DNA of 64,000 bases, taken from the NCBI GenBank assembly GCA_000182565.2, contig KQ257471.1; one strand, 5' to 3'. The stretch is from Spizellomyces punctatus DAOM BR117. Lineage: Eukaryota. Position numbers and translations under genes: made by a program. This document shows positions 12,547-24,536 of this stretch, piece after piece (position 1 is the stretch's first letter; the number at the start of each line of letters is the position of its first letter). The notes below the pieces were generated by a model that ran no database searches, had not been told where the DNA came from, and worked only from the letters and a program-made list of their open reading frames with translations.

Positions 12547-13806
12547 TTACAAGACTGCCAAAACTCCCATCACGAGTGCACCCACCCAAGCACCAGGTTG
12601 TATCGACACGGCAAGACTCTTTTCACCTGACGCGCCGGTACGTGGTGCAGTGGTGGCCGTGGGGGGAGACTGTGTACGGGGGGCCGGCACAGCTGTGGTG
12701 GTCGCAGCTGGGAGGGTCGTGGTATTGGGAGCGGGAGCAAGACCATCAGCATAGGCAGATGTACCTAGACAGGTTCCGACGGGCATAATCTTGAGTGGAA
12801 AGCCTGGACCAGCGGCTTTAATGCTTTGCAAGAGTTTAACGGCGATTTCGGATGTTGTGGTAGAGATATCGTGTTCAAGGGAAATAAAACCGGGTTGGGC
12901 TTGGAACCATGATCGGGCAGTGTTGAGAATCTTGTTGACACCATCAGCGCCTTGGGCTGTTGTGTCTTCCGTGTCGCGGGGGGCAGTCCAAATGATGGCC
13001 GTGTAGCCGAGGGCAGATGCGACGGCGCGGACACGATCGTCAATATCCCCGTAGGGGGGACGGAAGAATCTGGGTTTACGGCCAATGACCTTGTAGATTT
13101 GGGCTTCAGTATACAAGATTTCTGCGACGATTTGTTGGTTGGTGAGGGAGGTTAGGGGGTGGTGTGTCCAAGTGTGGACGGCGATTTCGTGGCCAGCGTC
13201 AAAAGATTTTTTGAGTTCATCGGGAAACGCGATTGCGTTTGTTCCGCAGACGAAAAAGGTGGCTTTGGCATTATTGAGATCTGTGAGGGCCGTGCGAATG
13301 TCTTCTGTGTCAAACTGGCCAGTGGGAGCCACGGTGGGACCGTCGTCGTATGTAATTCCCCAATCGTTTTGGTTTGGACATTTGGACACGTCGGCGTTAT
13401 AACCTTGGGCTGCGACATCACGGACGCATTGGCCGGCGGGCCAGTAGCAATTGGCTGCCGCTGCTGCAGCGCCTCCTGGATACTCTGGTGTGGGTGTGCC
13501 CACGTATTTTGCGACGGGGAGGTTGAGAAGGCTGGCTGGGACGGCCGCTTGGACCTTGCGCATGCCTTCTGCGACCAGGGGATGTTGGAGAAGGTTGTCT
13601 GGGATCATGACTGTTTGGTCAATGGGAGGGAACACGGTGGGCATGTTTGGGTAGCCGGCAGCTCCATTGCCGCCCGGTGCGGGTGCTGCAGGTGCTCCAG
13701 TAGGTTGTGCGGGTGGAACAGGGTCGACAATGGTGGATTGGGCGGATACGGCACCGATTGCGGCGAGCGCAAAGCACACGCTCGTTGTCAAGCGTGCAAA
13801 GGACAT
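12547..13806 (-). CDS. GPI-anchored chitin/polysaccharide deacetylase (CE4, NodB domain)
   Basis: Signal peptide MSFARLTTSVCFALAAIGAVSA; motifs TYDDGP, HTWTHHPL, RPPYGD, LEHD; Thr/Pro linker and hydrophobic C-terminus. Start taken at ATG 13806 rather than the ORF-track start. Confidence 0.93.
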   Translation of the reverse strand: MSFARLTTSVCFALAAIGAVSAQSTIVDPVPPAQPTGAPAAPAPGGNGAAGYPNMPTVFPPIDQTVMIPDNLLQHPLVAEGMRKVQAAVPASLLNLPVAKYVGTPTPEYPGGAAAAAANCYWPAGQCVRDVAAQGYNADVSKCPNQNDWGITYDDGPTVAPTGQFDTEDIRTALTDLNNAKATFFVCGTNAIAFPDELKKSFDAGHEIAVHTWTHHPLTSLTNQQIVAEILYTEAQIYKVIGRKPRFFRPPYGDIDDRVRAVASALGYTAIIWTAPRDTEDTTAQGADGVNKILNTARSWFQAQPGFISLEHDISTTTSEIAVKLLQSIKAAGPGFPLKIMPVGTCLGTSAYADGLAPAPNTTTLPAATTTAVPAPRTQSPPTATTAPRTGASGEKSLAVSIQPGAWVGALVMGVLAVL

Positions 13807-14075
13807 ATTATTATTGATGTTGTTGTTGGGTTGTATGATGATGCTAAAAGCAAAATAAAATAATACTAATGTGGCAACCACCGATGATCGACAAATGACA
13901 GAAATCGACGACGATGGGGACAATCGTTGTGTGTGTGGGGAGGAATGTTTTGTCAATGGATGCGAGTCCTTTTCCCTTTTATAATGTTCCCATCCCCCGC
14001 CCCTTTCTTTCACCTGCAACACAGGAGGAGGGAGACAAGGCAAAGGAGAAGGCAAGGAGAGGCAGTGCCATGTCC

Positions 14076-14076
<1 letters not shown>

Positions 14077-14106
<30 letters not shown>
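14077..14106. repeat. (TG)n microsatellite
   Basis: Direct dinucleotide run; further (TG)n near 14770-14793 and (AG)n near 15061-15077. Confidence 0.9.
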
Positions 14107-14108
<2 letters not shown>

Positions 14109-15570
14109 AAAAAAAAAAAGTCTACAAAAAGATGCTGTTTGAGAAAGGCATAAAAACTATAAAAACTTTAACTGATTAGAGGAGAGGCATAGTCATGCAT
14201 GCATGAATGCACAGTCATGAAATGCACGGCAGATATGGGGAAAATGCGCAGCAATCCATGCGGGCTGAAGGGGTCAAGATGAAACCACGCGGGGATCGAC
14301 CGCTTTGGGAGATCGCGGCCATGTCTCCGACTCAGCCCTTTAAAAAAGGTTTTATTATTATTCGTGCCTTGTGGGCGGTTATTTGGACAGGGCTGAAGAT
14401 TTCTCAAATTGTATAAACGCACAAAAGGGCGGTCAATGTGTGTGTTGCAGTGCGCATGTAAGCAACATTTGTGGGTAGTGACAAGGCGCTGGTTCAACAT
14501 GTGTGTGTGTATACAAATCTTGTGAACAAGGTTTCAGTTCACGATAGCCACGAACGGCCAGCGACCGGGGGGGAGGTTGTGCGCATACAGAGAGACAGGG
14601 AGACAGAGAGTATGAGAGAGAACACACACACACAGCTGTTAAATCATGCACTGTTAAAAGTAAATATACAAACGCAGCCACTGCATGGGTTGGGCCTATG
14701 CATGGGGCCATTGCACAATTGCATGAGTTTAAATGAATCGGGCATCCACAAGAGTATTCAGATGCAACTTGTGTGTGTGTGTGTGTGTGTGTGTATATAC
14801 TAGGAAATGAATGAAAATGGCTGTTGCATTTTGTGTGCCCACCTTGTGCAAGAAACACAAGAATCATAAAAGGGTAGTGAATGGTCCTCTAAACAAGAGG
14901 GAAATGTCGTTTCCCTGTGAGTGTTAAATAAAGACAATCATGTCATGTATGTGAAAGAGCTAGTAATGGACTAGGAGGAGGGAATATGAAATATAGCGAT
15001 AAGAGCAAAGAGAGAAGCGGCAAGTCATGAAGCCAAACGACCGCACAAACACTACACAAAAGAGAGAGAGAGAGAGACAAGAGAAAAAAACGCGCAAAAA
15101 TCCATTCTTTTTACAACAACATTAGCCGCTTCTTGTATGTTTTTCCCACCCATTGCATGCACACACACACAGAGCACACACACAGAGCACTAATAACACA
15201 CAACACACAACATACAACATTTGCACATCCACTCTTATAAACACAAAAAGGGAAATTCTCTCTTTCCCATGATCCCATTGCGGCATTTCTCTCTCTCTTC
15301 TCTCTTCTTCTCTCTCTCTCTCCAATCACAACGACAATCACAACACACACACACTTTTTACTCTTTGCGTATCATTTACTCACTTGTTCAACACAAATGG
15401 CGTTTTTCTTTTTTCTTGCTTTTTTCCCATGCTCTTGTTCTTTATTCATAATGCTCTTGTCCCATTTCCCCCCTTCTTTTTATTCCAATAGACTTTAGAC
15501 GAGGGGAGTTATCCTCATAGACAACTTACTCTCATAGACATTTTATTCCCATACCCTACACACAAAGAAA

Positions 15571-17136
15571 ATGGTCAAGGCATTGGTTCTCTCTACAGTC
15601 TTGTTGGCAACGGGTGCGGTCGCTATTCCCCGTCCTCAGGATGGTGGATTTGCAGACAAGATGAAGTCAGCAGTTGCTCCTCTTCCCACAACAGGTGTTC
15701 CTTCAGAGCAGATTCAAGTGCCTGCTTATCCTGTTGGCACGCAGCCTCCCGTTGTTGTTCAACCGCCCAAGGAGACTGAACAACCAAAGGAGACTCAACC
15801 GCCCAAGGAGACTGAACAACCAAAGGAGACTGAGCAACCAAAGGAGACGCAACCGCCCAAGGAGACTCAGCAACCCAAAGAGACTCAACCCGTAGACAAC
15901 AAGCCTCCTTCGTACCCGGCTCCCCCCGCCAAAGAGACTCAAGAACCCGTCAAGACGACAACGCCCGTTGCCACTTCCCAGCCTGTTCCTCCTCCTCCTC
16001 AGACAGAGGCCCCTGGTTACCCTACAGACATTCCCCAGTTCCCTGGTTACCCCGAGGGTCCCATCGGAACCACCACCGCGGCCGTTCCCAGCAAGCCCAC
16101 CGTCACCTATGGCGTAACGCCCATTCCCAACCCCACTGGATCTCCTAACGAGGTGCCTATCGGCATCCCCGAGACTCCCGTGGGTACTCCAGAGGGCGAG
16201 ATTCCCGTTGGTACGCCCGAGACGCCTATTGGTACTCCTGAGGGTGAGACTCCCGTGGGCACGCCCGAGATGCCCGTTGGTACTCCAGAGGGCGAGACTC
16301 CCGAAGGTACTCCCGAAGGATCTCCCGAGGTCTCTTTGCCCACTGACTTCCCTATCAACTTCCCTGGTGCTGAGGAGGGTGGCGAGGAAAACTTGCCCGT
16401 GGCTCTGCCCGTTCCCACTCCCACTGGAGCTCCCGAGGAAGAGTGTGAAGAGGGCGGTGAAGGAAACTCGCCCATTGTCGTTCCCACGCCCACGGGAACC
16501 CCCGAGGAGGAAGAGTGTGAAGAAGAAGGTGGCGAAGAAAACTCACCCATTGTCGTGCCCACTCCCACCGGATCCCCCGAGGAAGAGTGCGAAGAAGGTG
16601 GAGAGGAGAACCTTCCCGTCCCCGCCCCCATTCCTACTCCCACCGGAACAAAGGAACTGACCGAGCCCACTCCTGTCCCTGAGGAAGAAGAATGTGAGGA
16701 GGAGGAAGAAGAGCCTTCGGAAGGAGAAGAGGAAGAGTGCGAAGAGGAGGGTGACCAATACAAGGTTCCCGTTGCGACTGACGTGCTCCCCGTGCCTATT
16801 GCCACTGGCACACCCACCGGTGCTCCCGTGCCCACCGAAACGGGTGCTCCTGAGGAAGAGTGCGAAACGGAGACTGCCGCCCCCGTTGCTACGCCCACTG
16901 CTGGTTACCAGGAAGTGCCCGTGGAAGCCCCCGTTCAGACTCCCAGCTACGGAAACGTGGAAAACCCTCTCTCGTACGCAAAGCCCGAAGATGCCAGCAA
17001 GCCCTACCCACAAGTTCGCGCAACCTCTGTCCCAACCGAGACCAGCGCCCCCATTTTCAGTGCCGCATCCCGCAATGTCAAGTCGGTCGCCGTAGCACTT
17101 GCTGGTGTATTGGTGGGCGTGGTTGCTTTCCTCTAA
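15571..17136 (+). CDS. secreted, probably GPI-anchored Pro/Glu/Thr-rich repetitive cell-surface protein
   Basis: Single 521-aa ORF; signal peptide; PKETxQ, PVGTPE and PTPTGxPEEECEE repeats; hydrophobic C-terminus after FSAAS. Confidence 0.88.
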   Translation: MVKALVLSTVLLATGAVAIPRPQDGGFADKMKSAVAPLPTTGVPSEQIQVPAYPVGTQPPVVVQPPKETEQPKETQPPKETEQPKETEQPKETQPPKETQQPKETQPVDNKPPSYPAPPAKETQEPVKTTTPVATSQPVPPPPQTEAPGYPTDIPQFPGYPEGPIGTTTAAVPSKPTVTYGVTPIPNPTGSPNEVPIGIPETPVGTPEGEIPVGTPETPIGTPEGETPVGTPEMPVGTPEGETPEGTPEGSPEVSLPTDFPINFPGAEEGGEENLPVALPVPTPTGAPEEECEEGGEGNSPIVVPTPTGTPEEEECEEEGGEENSPIVVPTPTGSPEEECEEGGEENLPVPAPIPTPTGTKELTEPTPVPEEEECEEEEEEPSEGEEEECEEEGDQYKVPVATDVLPVPIATGTPTGAPVPTETGAPEEECETETAAPVATPTAGYQEVPVEAPVQTPSYGNVENPLSYAKPEDASKPYPQVRATSVPTETSAPIFSAASRNVKSVAVALAGVLVGVVAFL

Positions 17137-17738
17137 GCCCGCAAACTGTTGTCACCTTCTATGATTTGATGGTTTTGAGAGAGTGAAAACACACGAGATA
17201 CTATGTTGGAGAAAGGACGCTTTTGCGACGAACGCGTTTCATGATTGTCATCGTCGTCGTTGATTACTGTAATGGCTTTTTTGAAAAATGAGGTGTTTAA
17301 TTCCGTTTATAAGACAAAGGGAACAAAAAAAAACAGTACAATAAACACACAAACCTAAAAGTTTTGTTGCTTTCTCAATTGCCGAGAGTGCTGGTCACTT
17401 GAAGTCATTGAGAGAAGAATTAGAGAAATTATATATCCTGCTCTTTTATTTTTGTGTGGACGTTTTGTTTTGAATGGTGACTGGCCTCATGTTTTAAAAT
17501 GCTGGTTGTTTTCTTTTCTGGTTTTTGACGAGTGTCCCTCCATGAGTCACGTGCATGTCCGAAGGTGCGTCCGGACACTTGTTCCGCTGTTATTGAACGG
17601 GGCTTTCTTCCGAACCGTGTCCGCGCTTCCAAAAGACGTGATTGAAACTGTTTTTAGACCGACAGAGCGTGTAGAGGTTGAACGGAACGAACCTAATATA
17701 CGCTTTAGATTTGTTTGATTTTTTCAAAGTTTTCAGTA

Positions 17739-20598
17739 ATGGACTCGAATCAGAATCCCAGCGTACGTGGCTTTTTGGATGCATTTCAGTCGCAAAAAGG
17801 TGCCAACTTGTGTGCTTTCCACAGGACCCACCCCCGCCGACCACCACCTCCCTTCCCCCGCTCACACCCCGCACCATCGGGCGTCTCAAACCCCCAAGCA
17901 AAATCGCACCCATGTCGGTCAAACCCCTCTCGTTCACACCAAAAGGTGATCAAAACGTTGACCCCGACCAACTCCTCACGGCCGAAGACTTTAAAGTCCA
18001 CACCGTGCCCCAAAAGCGAAAAACAGAAGCACCACCTCCAACGTCTCGTAACACGAGGTTGAAAACGGATTCTTCTTCTTCTTCTTCAATTTATTCTGGG
18101 AGTGTGACTGCCCGGTCTACTCGGACGACTACCGTGACGAGGAACCCACCCACACGAGCGAGTACCACCCGTGCTCCAACCAAACCAACAACAACGACAA
18201 CAACGACACGATCCACGACATTGAAATCCAAACCCTCGACCATGGCCAAACCTGTATCCAAACCCGCGAAACCCACCCCAAAAGACTCTGATGAACCTGT
18301 CAAGAAAAAGCGACCGGCGTGGGATGTCAAGGGGCGGTTACAGGATTTAGAAGAGTATCATCATCAAACTCAGTCGCAACTGTTGGATTCTCAGTCTCAG
18401 ATTGCGAATATGACGGATGAGTTGTCGAGGAGTCGGTCGACCAGTACGTTTTGTTGTTTTTGATGATGTTTGATTGTTTTTGAAATCGTATATAGCGTGG
18501 TGATGAATTCGATTGGTTCTTTTGTAGTCGATGAATTGATTCAGTTTAGACAAACGCTTGAAAATCAAGTTCATGTCAAGGAAGCCGAAAACAGCACGTT
18601 TGCGCAACAAGTCACGGAACTACGGGCCGAGTTGTTGGTACGTTACCTATTGTATCAGATGATTCAAAAAGTGCATTAACGTGGGTTATCCTTTTTGTTT
18701 AGGGTGTTGAGAAAAAATACAAGGATGAGATTGCGTTGTTGATTAGCCGACATGCAAGAGAGATTGAGGAGCGGGAGGGCGAGATTGGGAGGTTGAAGAA
18801 GGTGCAAGAGGGGTTGGATGGCGAGTTACGGATTGCAAAGGAGGAGAATATTACGTTGAGGGTATGTTTACGTGTGTTTTGTACAATGCGTGTGATGGGG
18901 GTTTTTGATTTTGGGCTCTAGTCGACGATTTCGACGCAAAGTGCGTTGAGTGTGTCGCTTGAATCCGAGTGTCGGGCCAATAAACTTTTACTCGAGGTAT
19001 TGTTTACACTTGTCGTTTTGTTTTTTTATGAATTCGTGTCCTCACTCTATGGTTTAGCAAACAGAGTCTACGCTCCGGGACCGCGAAACCCGTATCCAGA
19101 CCATTGAGCAGCAACTTGATGCATCCCGGGCTGCTGTGCAGGCACTTGAAGCTAAAGTCCGGGAAGAAGAAACCGTGCGACGGAGGTTGCATAATACGAT
19201 TCAAGAATTGAAGGGGAATATTCGAGTGTTTTGTCGAGTTCGGCCGCCTTTGGGTGAGTTTTATTGTTTTGTTTTTGGTGACGAGGTGTTTATAACGCGG
19301 TGCGGGTACTCATGGTTTATTTTTGGTAGACGCGGAAAAGAGTGAGAAACCGGATGAAGTCTTGTCGCATATTAGTTTTGCAGAGGGGGATGAACAAGTG
19401 ATTGAGTTACGACAAGCTGTGGTGAGTTTACTTTTCTTTTTAACACGTTGATATGTGGTTAAATCTGTAAAATTTAGGAATCGGCTTCGGGACAAAAAAC
19501 AGTGGAAAAAACGTACCCGTTTTCCTTTGACCGGGTCTTTCCACCCACCACAACGCAACCACAAGTCTTTGAAGAAATTTCGCAGCTTGTTCAATCGGCA
19601 TTGGATGGGTACAATGTGTGCATTTTCGCGTATGGACAGACGGGGAGTGGCAAGACTTTTACGTATGTGAAACCCTTTAAAACATGTCGCTTTTTTTGAC
19701 ATTGGTGACTGAAAAATGGACCACTCTTAGTATGGAAGGCCCCAGTCATGCCCTGGACGACCCCGATACAATGGGCATGATCCCGCGTGCCGTGCACCAA
19801 ATCTTTGATACGGCCACAACACTGGAACATAAGGGGTGGACGTATGAGATGGAAGCGCAGTACCTAGAGATTTATAACGAGACGATTCGGGATTTGATTG
19901 GTGGTAAAGAGGGCAAGCATGAGATTAAGCATTTAGGGTCTACGACGGTCGTGACGGATGTTGTTACTGGTGAGTTTCAATTGTTTTTGTGTTGATGATG
20001 AGATTTTGTTTGGTGGTGTTTACATTTTTTTTGGGAAATCTAGTCAAGGTTGAGACGCCTACCCAAGTTCATGAAGTCTTACGAAAAGCGTCGCATAACC
20101 GTGCTGTTGCAGCTACCAACTGCAATGAACGGTCTTCGCGTAGTCACAGGTACCAACCTCCTCCCCCTTTATTCTTGTCATTCTCACTTTTTGACGCACC
20201 CATTTTATAGTGTCTTTACTCTCCGCCTTAAAGGCACCAACCCCCTAACCTCTGAATCCTCCTCTGGCACCCTCAACCTGATTGACCTAGCCGGCAGCGA
20301 ACGCCTCTCCTCCTCTGGCTCAACCGGGGATCGCCTCCGCGAAACCCAAGCCATCAATAAATCCCTCTCGTGCCTGGGCGACGTGATCTCCGCCCTCTCA
20401 TCCGGGGACAAACATGTCCCGTACCGAAACTCGCGGCTAACCTACCTATTACAAAATTCTCTTGGAGGGAATTCCAAAACGCTCATGTTTGTTAATGTGA
20501 GTCCTCTTTCTGGGAGTTTTGGCGAAACGCTTTGTTCTTTGAGGTTTGCGACAAAGGTTAATTCTTGTATGATTGGGAGTGCTAAGAGGGTCAAATAA
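17739..20598 (+). CDS. KAR3: kinesin-14 (Kar3/KlpA/KIFC1-type C-terminal motor)
   Basis: Multi-exon; neck [24 protein letters not shown]-loop [56 protein letters not shown]; first exon MDSNQNPS followed by GTACGT donor. Confidence 0.92.
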
Positions 20599-20697
20599 TT
20601 GAGCAAGTGTAAAGGGGGAGGGGTTGTATTTGGAGTTTTGTTAATATATATATTATATATTTTTATGTTTATGTGTGTGGTGGTATGAGTTTGTGGG

Positions 20698-21046
20698 NNN
20701 NNNNNNNNNNNNNNNNNNNNNNNNNNNNNNNNNNNNNNNNNNNNNNNNNNNNNNNNNNNNNNNNNNNNNNNNNNNNNNNNNNNNNNNNNNNNNNNNNNNN
20801 NNNNNNNNNNNNNNNNNNNNNNNNNNNNNNNNNNNNNNNNNNNNNNNNNNNNNNNNNNNNNNNNNNNNNNNNNNNNNNNNNNNNNNNNNNNNNNNNNNNN
20901 NNNNNNNNNNNNNNNNNNNNNNNNNNNNNNNNNNNNNNNNNNNNNNNNNNNNNNNNNNNNNNNNNNNNNNNNNNNNNNNNNNNNNNNNNNNNNNNNNNNN
21001 NNNNNNNNNNNNNNNNNNNNNNNNNNNNNNNNNNNNNNNNNNNNNN
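20698..21046. other. assembly gap (349 N)
   Basis: Run of n characters. Confidence 1.
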
Positions 21047-23003
21047 GAGTTGTGGGTTTGGGAGTTTGGTCAAGTGATGCTGTGTTGCGTTTCAAGTGAA
21101 TACTTTTGTCGAGACTTTCTTTGGTGGGTATTTGGATGTTTGTGTGCAGTATCAAAATACTTGATTGCGAGGATACAGTGGTGGGTGTGAACGCGAAGCT
21201 AAGCCCCCCTAGCTCCCCCAAAGGCTGACTTTTGATGTTGATCTGTAGGAGTCATTGGAGAGGGTTTTTTTTTTTTTTTTGATATGGGAGGTGGGAGAGA
21301 GGGGGTTTGAAAGGGTGAATTACTTGGTTTTTTGGAAACTGGTCAATATTTGGCGAGTTGGTGGGTACTTATCAGTTTCTTGTTTTTGTTTTTTGTGTTT
21401 GGTGTAGTGAGTTGGAGGAGCGTAGGGGATTTTTTTATGATACTTGTTATAATAGCGTTTGAGTAAATCATACCGTTTTTCTGTTAAAGAACTTGGGGGG
21501 TTCACACTGTGCTGTTTATTTGTTTAAGAACGTGGAGATTTATCCGTCTTTTCCAAACTCTATTTGTTTAAACTGGAATGAAGGGATATGGCAAGTTATT
21601 TTCGAATGCTGTGTAATTATCATTAGCGGGTGCTCAGTATGAGTTGGTTTGAGTAGGGTGGATTTTTCGTAAAATGGTTTTATTGGAAATGCTGCGTCCG
21701 TGAGCGGTTTTTTTTGGGGGGGGATTTTTGGTTTTGGCTTTTGGATTTTATGGATTTATGGGGTTTTGGCAATGGTGGGAATCAACCCGAACGATCCATT
21801 AATTGTTATTTTTTTAGGGATTATATAGAGGATGTTGGATGTCTGTTTTTTTTTTGGGAGGGGTTGGAATGGTGGGTCATACTTGGCAGACCCATATCGT
21901 ATATGCGTAATGTCTAGGTGCCTATGAATGTGGTGCTGATAACGTATACCATTAGAACTTGTACTTTTAAAAACGGTTTGTTTGTTTCCTTGCACTGTTT
22001 TTTTTGGAGACGGTATTGGTTCTTTTGGATGTTTTCTACATACATGTGATAAACGGGACCATCTACGTCTGTGTCTAGGGTTATGTTTTTTGTGTGGGGG
22101 TTTTGGGGTGTCTTGTTTTATGTCATATGATAAGTCGTCAAGATGTCGGTTCCTTTTTTTGGATTTGAAATGTGTAAGTTGGATCTATTTTCTTGTTGAT
22201 ACTACCCATTTTTCTATCTTGTATATCTTTTTGTTTCCTCTGGTACTCAACGTTGTTTGTTTTTGTTACTTGGCAGTTTCATACCGAGGGCAGTCGGTAT
22301 GATGTTGTTCTGATGATGAGAGTTTAAAGTGTGTTTTGTGCTGGTGGTAGCTTTCGATCGAGGTGATATTTTAGATGGACTTTGGGATGTTATTGGGGAA
22401 CGTTGCTTTAAAAAAAGCAGAAAGCCAATCTCACGTGATTTACTGGCTTGAAACAAGACCACTGTTAGATATCCAAAATTTCTCTATGGTTTTTAGAACA
22501 CTGTATTAATCAAAGGTGGAAAGTAAGCCGCAAAAATACCAAAAGCCATAAAATGTCGATATGAACAGTTCTTGATTTATGGAACTCTTTTGCTTTCAAC
22601 AGCTGTTTTTCTTTTACTTTTTTTACTTTTATGGGACACAAAAGTGTAGCGTACTTTTAAAACATCTGAATTTCATGGTTGGACATTTTGACCAAAAAAA
22701 AAGTGCCGTCCGTGATCATTGCTGTCCGTCCGTTGTGTTTTTGTGTGTGTGAACCTTTATCGTACAAGACGGCGAGAGAAAAGCCAAAAGTCAATATGGA
22801 GTCCGTTTTTCGACTAGCACGGTTCTTTCTGACCTTGATCCAAAAAAGAGGGGGTGTGTGAAAAAAAACCCAAGGAAAAAACGTGCAGAGTACTTGCAAG
22901 GGGAAAAAGGACACCACCTTGCCAAAACATAAAGAAGCAAGTGTGTTAGTGCCCTTTTCATGAAGGCTAGTCGTACCCTCCCGGCAAGACCCATTCCGTC
23001 AAG

Positions 23004-24145
23004 ATGATCCTCATATGGATGGTCCTGCTTGGTGCAGCTAGTGTGAGCGCACTCCCCGTACTCAACACGACTGTAAAGACCCAGAGCGTCTGTGAGGGAG
23101 TGCCTGATTTTGTCTTACGGAATGGTATGCGTTTTTTTACTTGATACCCTATAAGTTTGTGTTGTATATGTGTATGAACGCTTTATTCGATATATTAGCT
23201 CCTATCGTCTACCTTGAGGCCTCTGAAAAGCATTTCCCGGGGGACCCAGCCGAATTCCTCGGCCACATTAACCCTCTCGACCCCACCAACAACCTCATAC
23301 CGGGTCCAACACCGATCACCTTGGCCAACCTCCCCCAATACCCCTCAAAAACATTCCTAACCGCTCAAGATAATGTGGAAACCGATCCAACCTGGCTCAC
23401 AAACCCAACCGCAAAACCAACCAACCTAGTCTCAACCGCCCCATCCACCCTCATCACCGTCTCAAAACCCAATGGCATCACCGACGCATTCTGGTTCCTA
23501 TTCTACCCATTCAATCATGGTCCCAAAGTCCTTGGCCGGCATTACGGTGACCACGTGGGAGATTGGGAACACGTTCTGGTCCGGTTTGAAGGTGATCAAC
23601 CACGTTTTGTTTACTTTTCGGCTCATGATGGGGGAAAGGGGCTAGATTATGCTGCTACCGATAAACACTCTTCGGGTCGACCCATTTCCTATACCGCGCG
23701 CGGATCGCATGCCAATTATCCTAATAATGGAGATAAAGGAAAACACCCCTATATCCTCCCCTTTGGATTACTCGCCGACATTACATCCGATGCAAAAACA
23801 GCGTTCCAATGGGACCCTGCTCGATTTTATCGGGCGTATTGCATGTCTGATGGCCACTTTACGGCTGTACCTGGTACGACTCTCCCCGATACCGACTGGT
23901 TGGCATGGCCTGGCACGTGGGGTGACCAACAATACCCTCGTAGTGATAAACGACAGTACGAACTCTTTGGACAGTGGCATTATGTGAGTGGACCTTCTGG
24001 ACCTGCCTTCAAGAATTTGGGGAGGACGCAGATTTGTGAGAATGAGAGCAAGTGTAGTGTTGCGGTGCGGAATACGTACATGACGATGGATCAAGCTATG
24101 AATTCTATGAAGAATGCTAGCTTTGTGGTTGGTGGGTATGAATAG
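23004..24145 (+). CDS. Vps62-related secreted protein
   Basis: Exon 23004-23124 (signal peptide MILIWMVLLGAASVSA), intron 23125-23198, then APIVYL..E..FP, DAFWFLFYPFNHG, HVGDWEHV, YFSAHDGG, GSHANY, WPGTWGDQQYP, GPSGP. Confidence 0.85.
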
Positions 24146-24536
24146 AAGAGATGTGGTAGATGAGTGGTAGGTAGATTGGAGGGATAAGATTTCGTTTTGT
24201 TTTTTTTTTTTTTTTGTGGTGGTCTTTCTTCAAGTTGGACTTTTCCATGGGTGAAAGTATCAATTTCAAGTTTTGTTAGAGTAGATACGTGATGGACCGA
24301 GATATACAAAGGAGGATAAAAGTTATACGTTCCATAGTTTTTACAGCGGAAATTAGTTACCATAGGGTATTAGTATATTTGAAATTAGGTGAAATAAAAC
24401 TAATACAAGTTATATAAAAAAAAAAAAAAAGTTGGACAACAAATGAAAACTTGTAAAATGTAAAAGACTAAATTGGTTTGTTCAAAAAGTGTTTTCGTAG
24501 AGCCCACGGACCCCCTTCTCGGACCATGTTTTTCCT

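Noticed and set aside
13807-14055. N-terminal extension of the deacetylase ORF
   Set aside because: Begins at a non-ATG codon and runs through UTR-like sequence; the signal peptide starts at ATG 13806.
20442-21221. ORFs containing long X runs
   Set aside because: Artefacts of reading through the N-gap.
21200-22470. Possible multi-exon hypothetical gene on the minus strand (YDLLKRYYNKYHKK...)
   Set aside because: One plausible intron but no consistent model or recognisable motif could be built.
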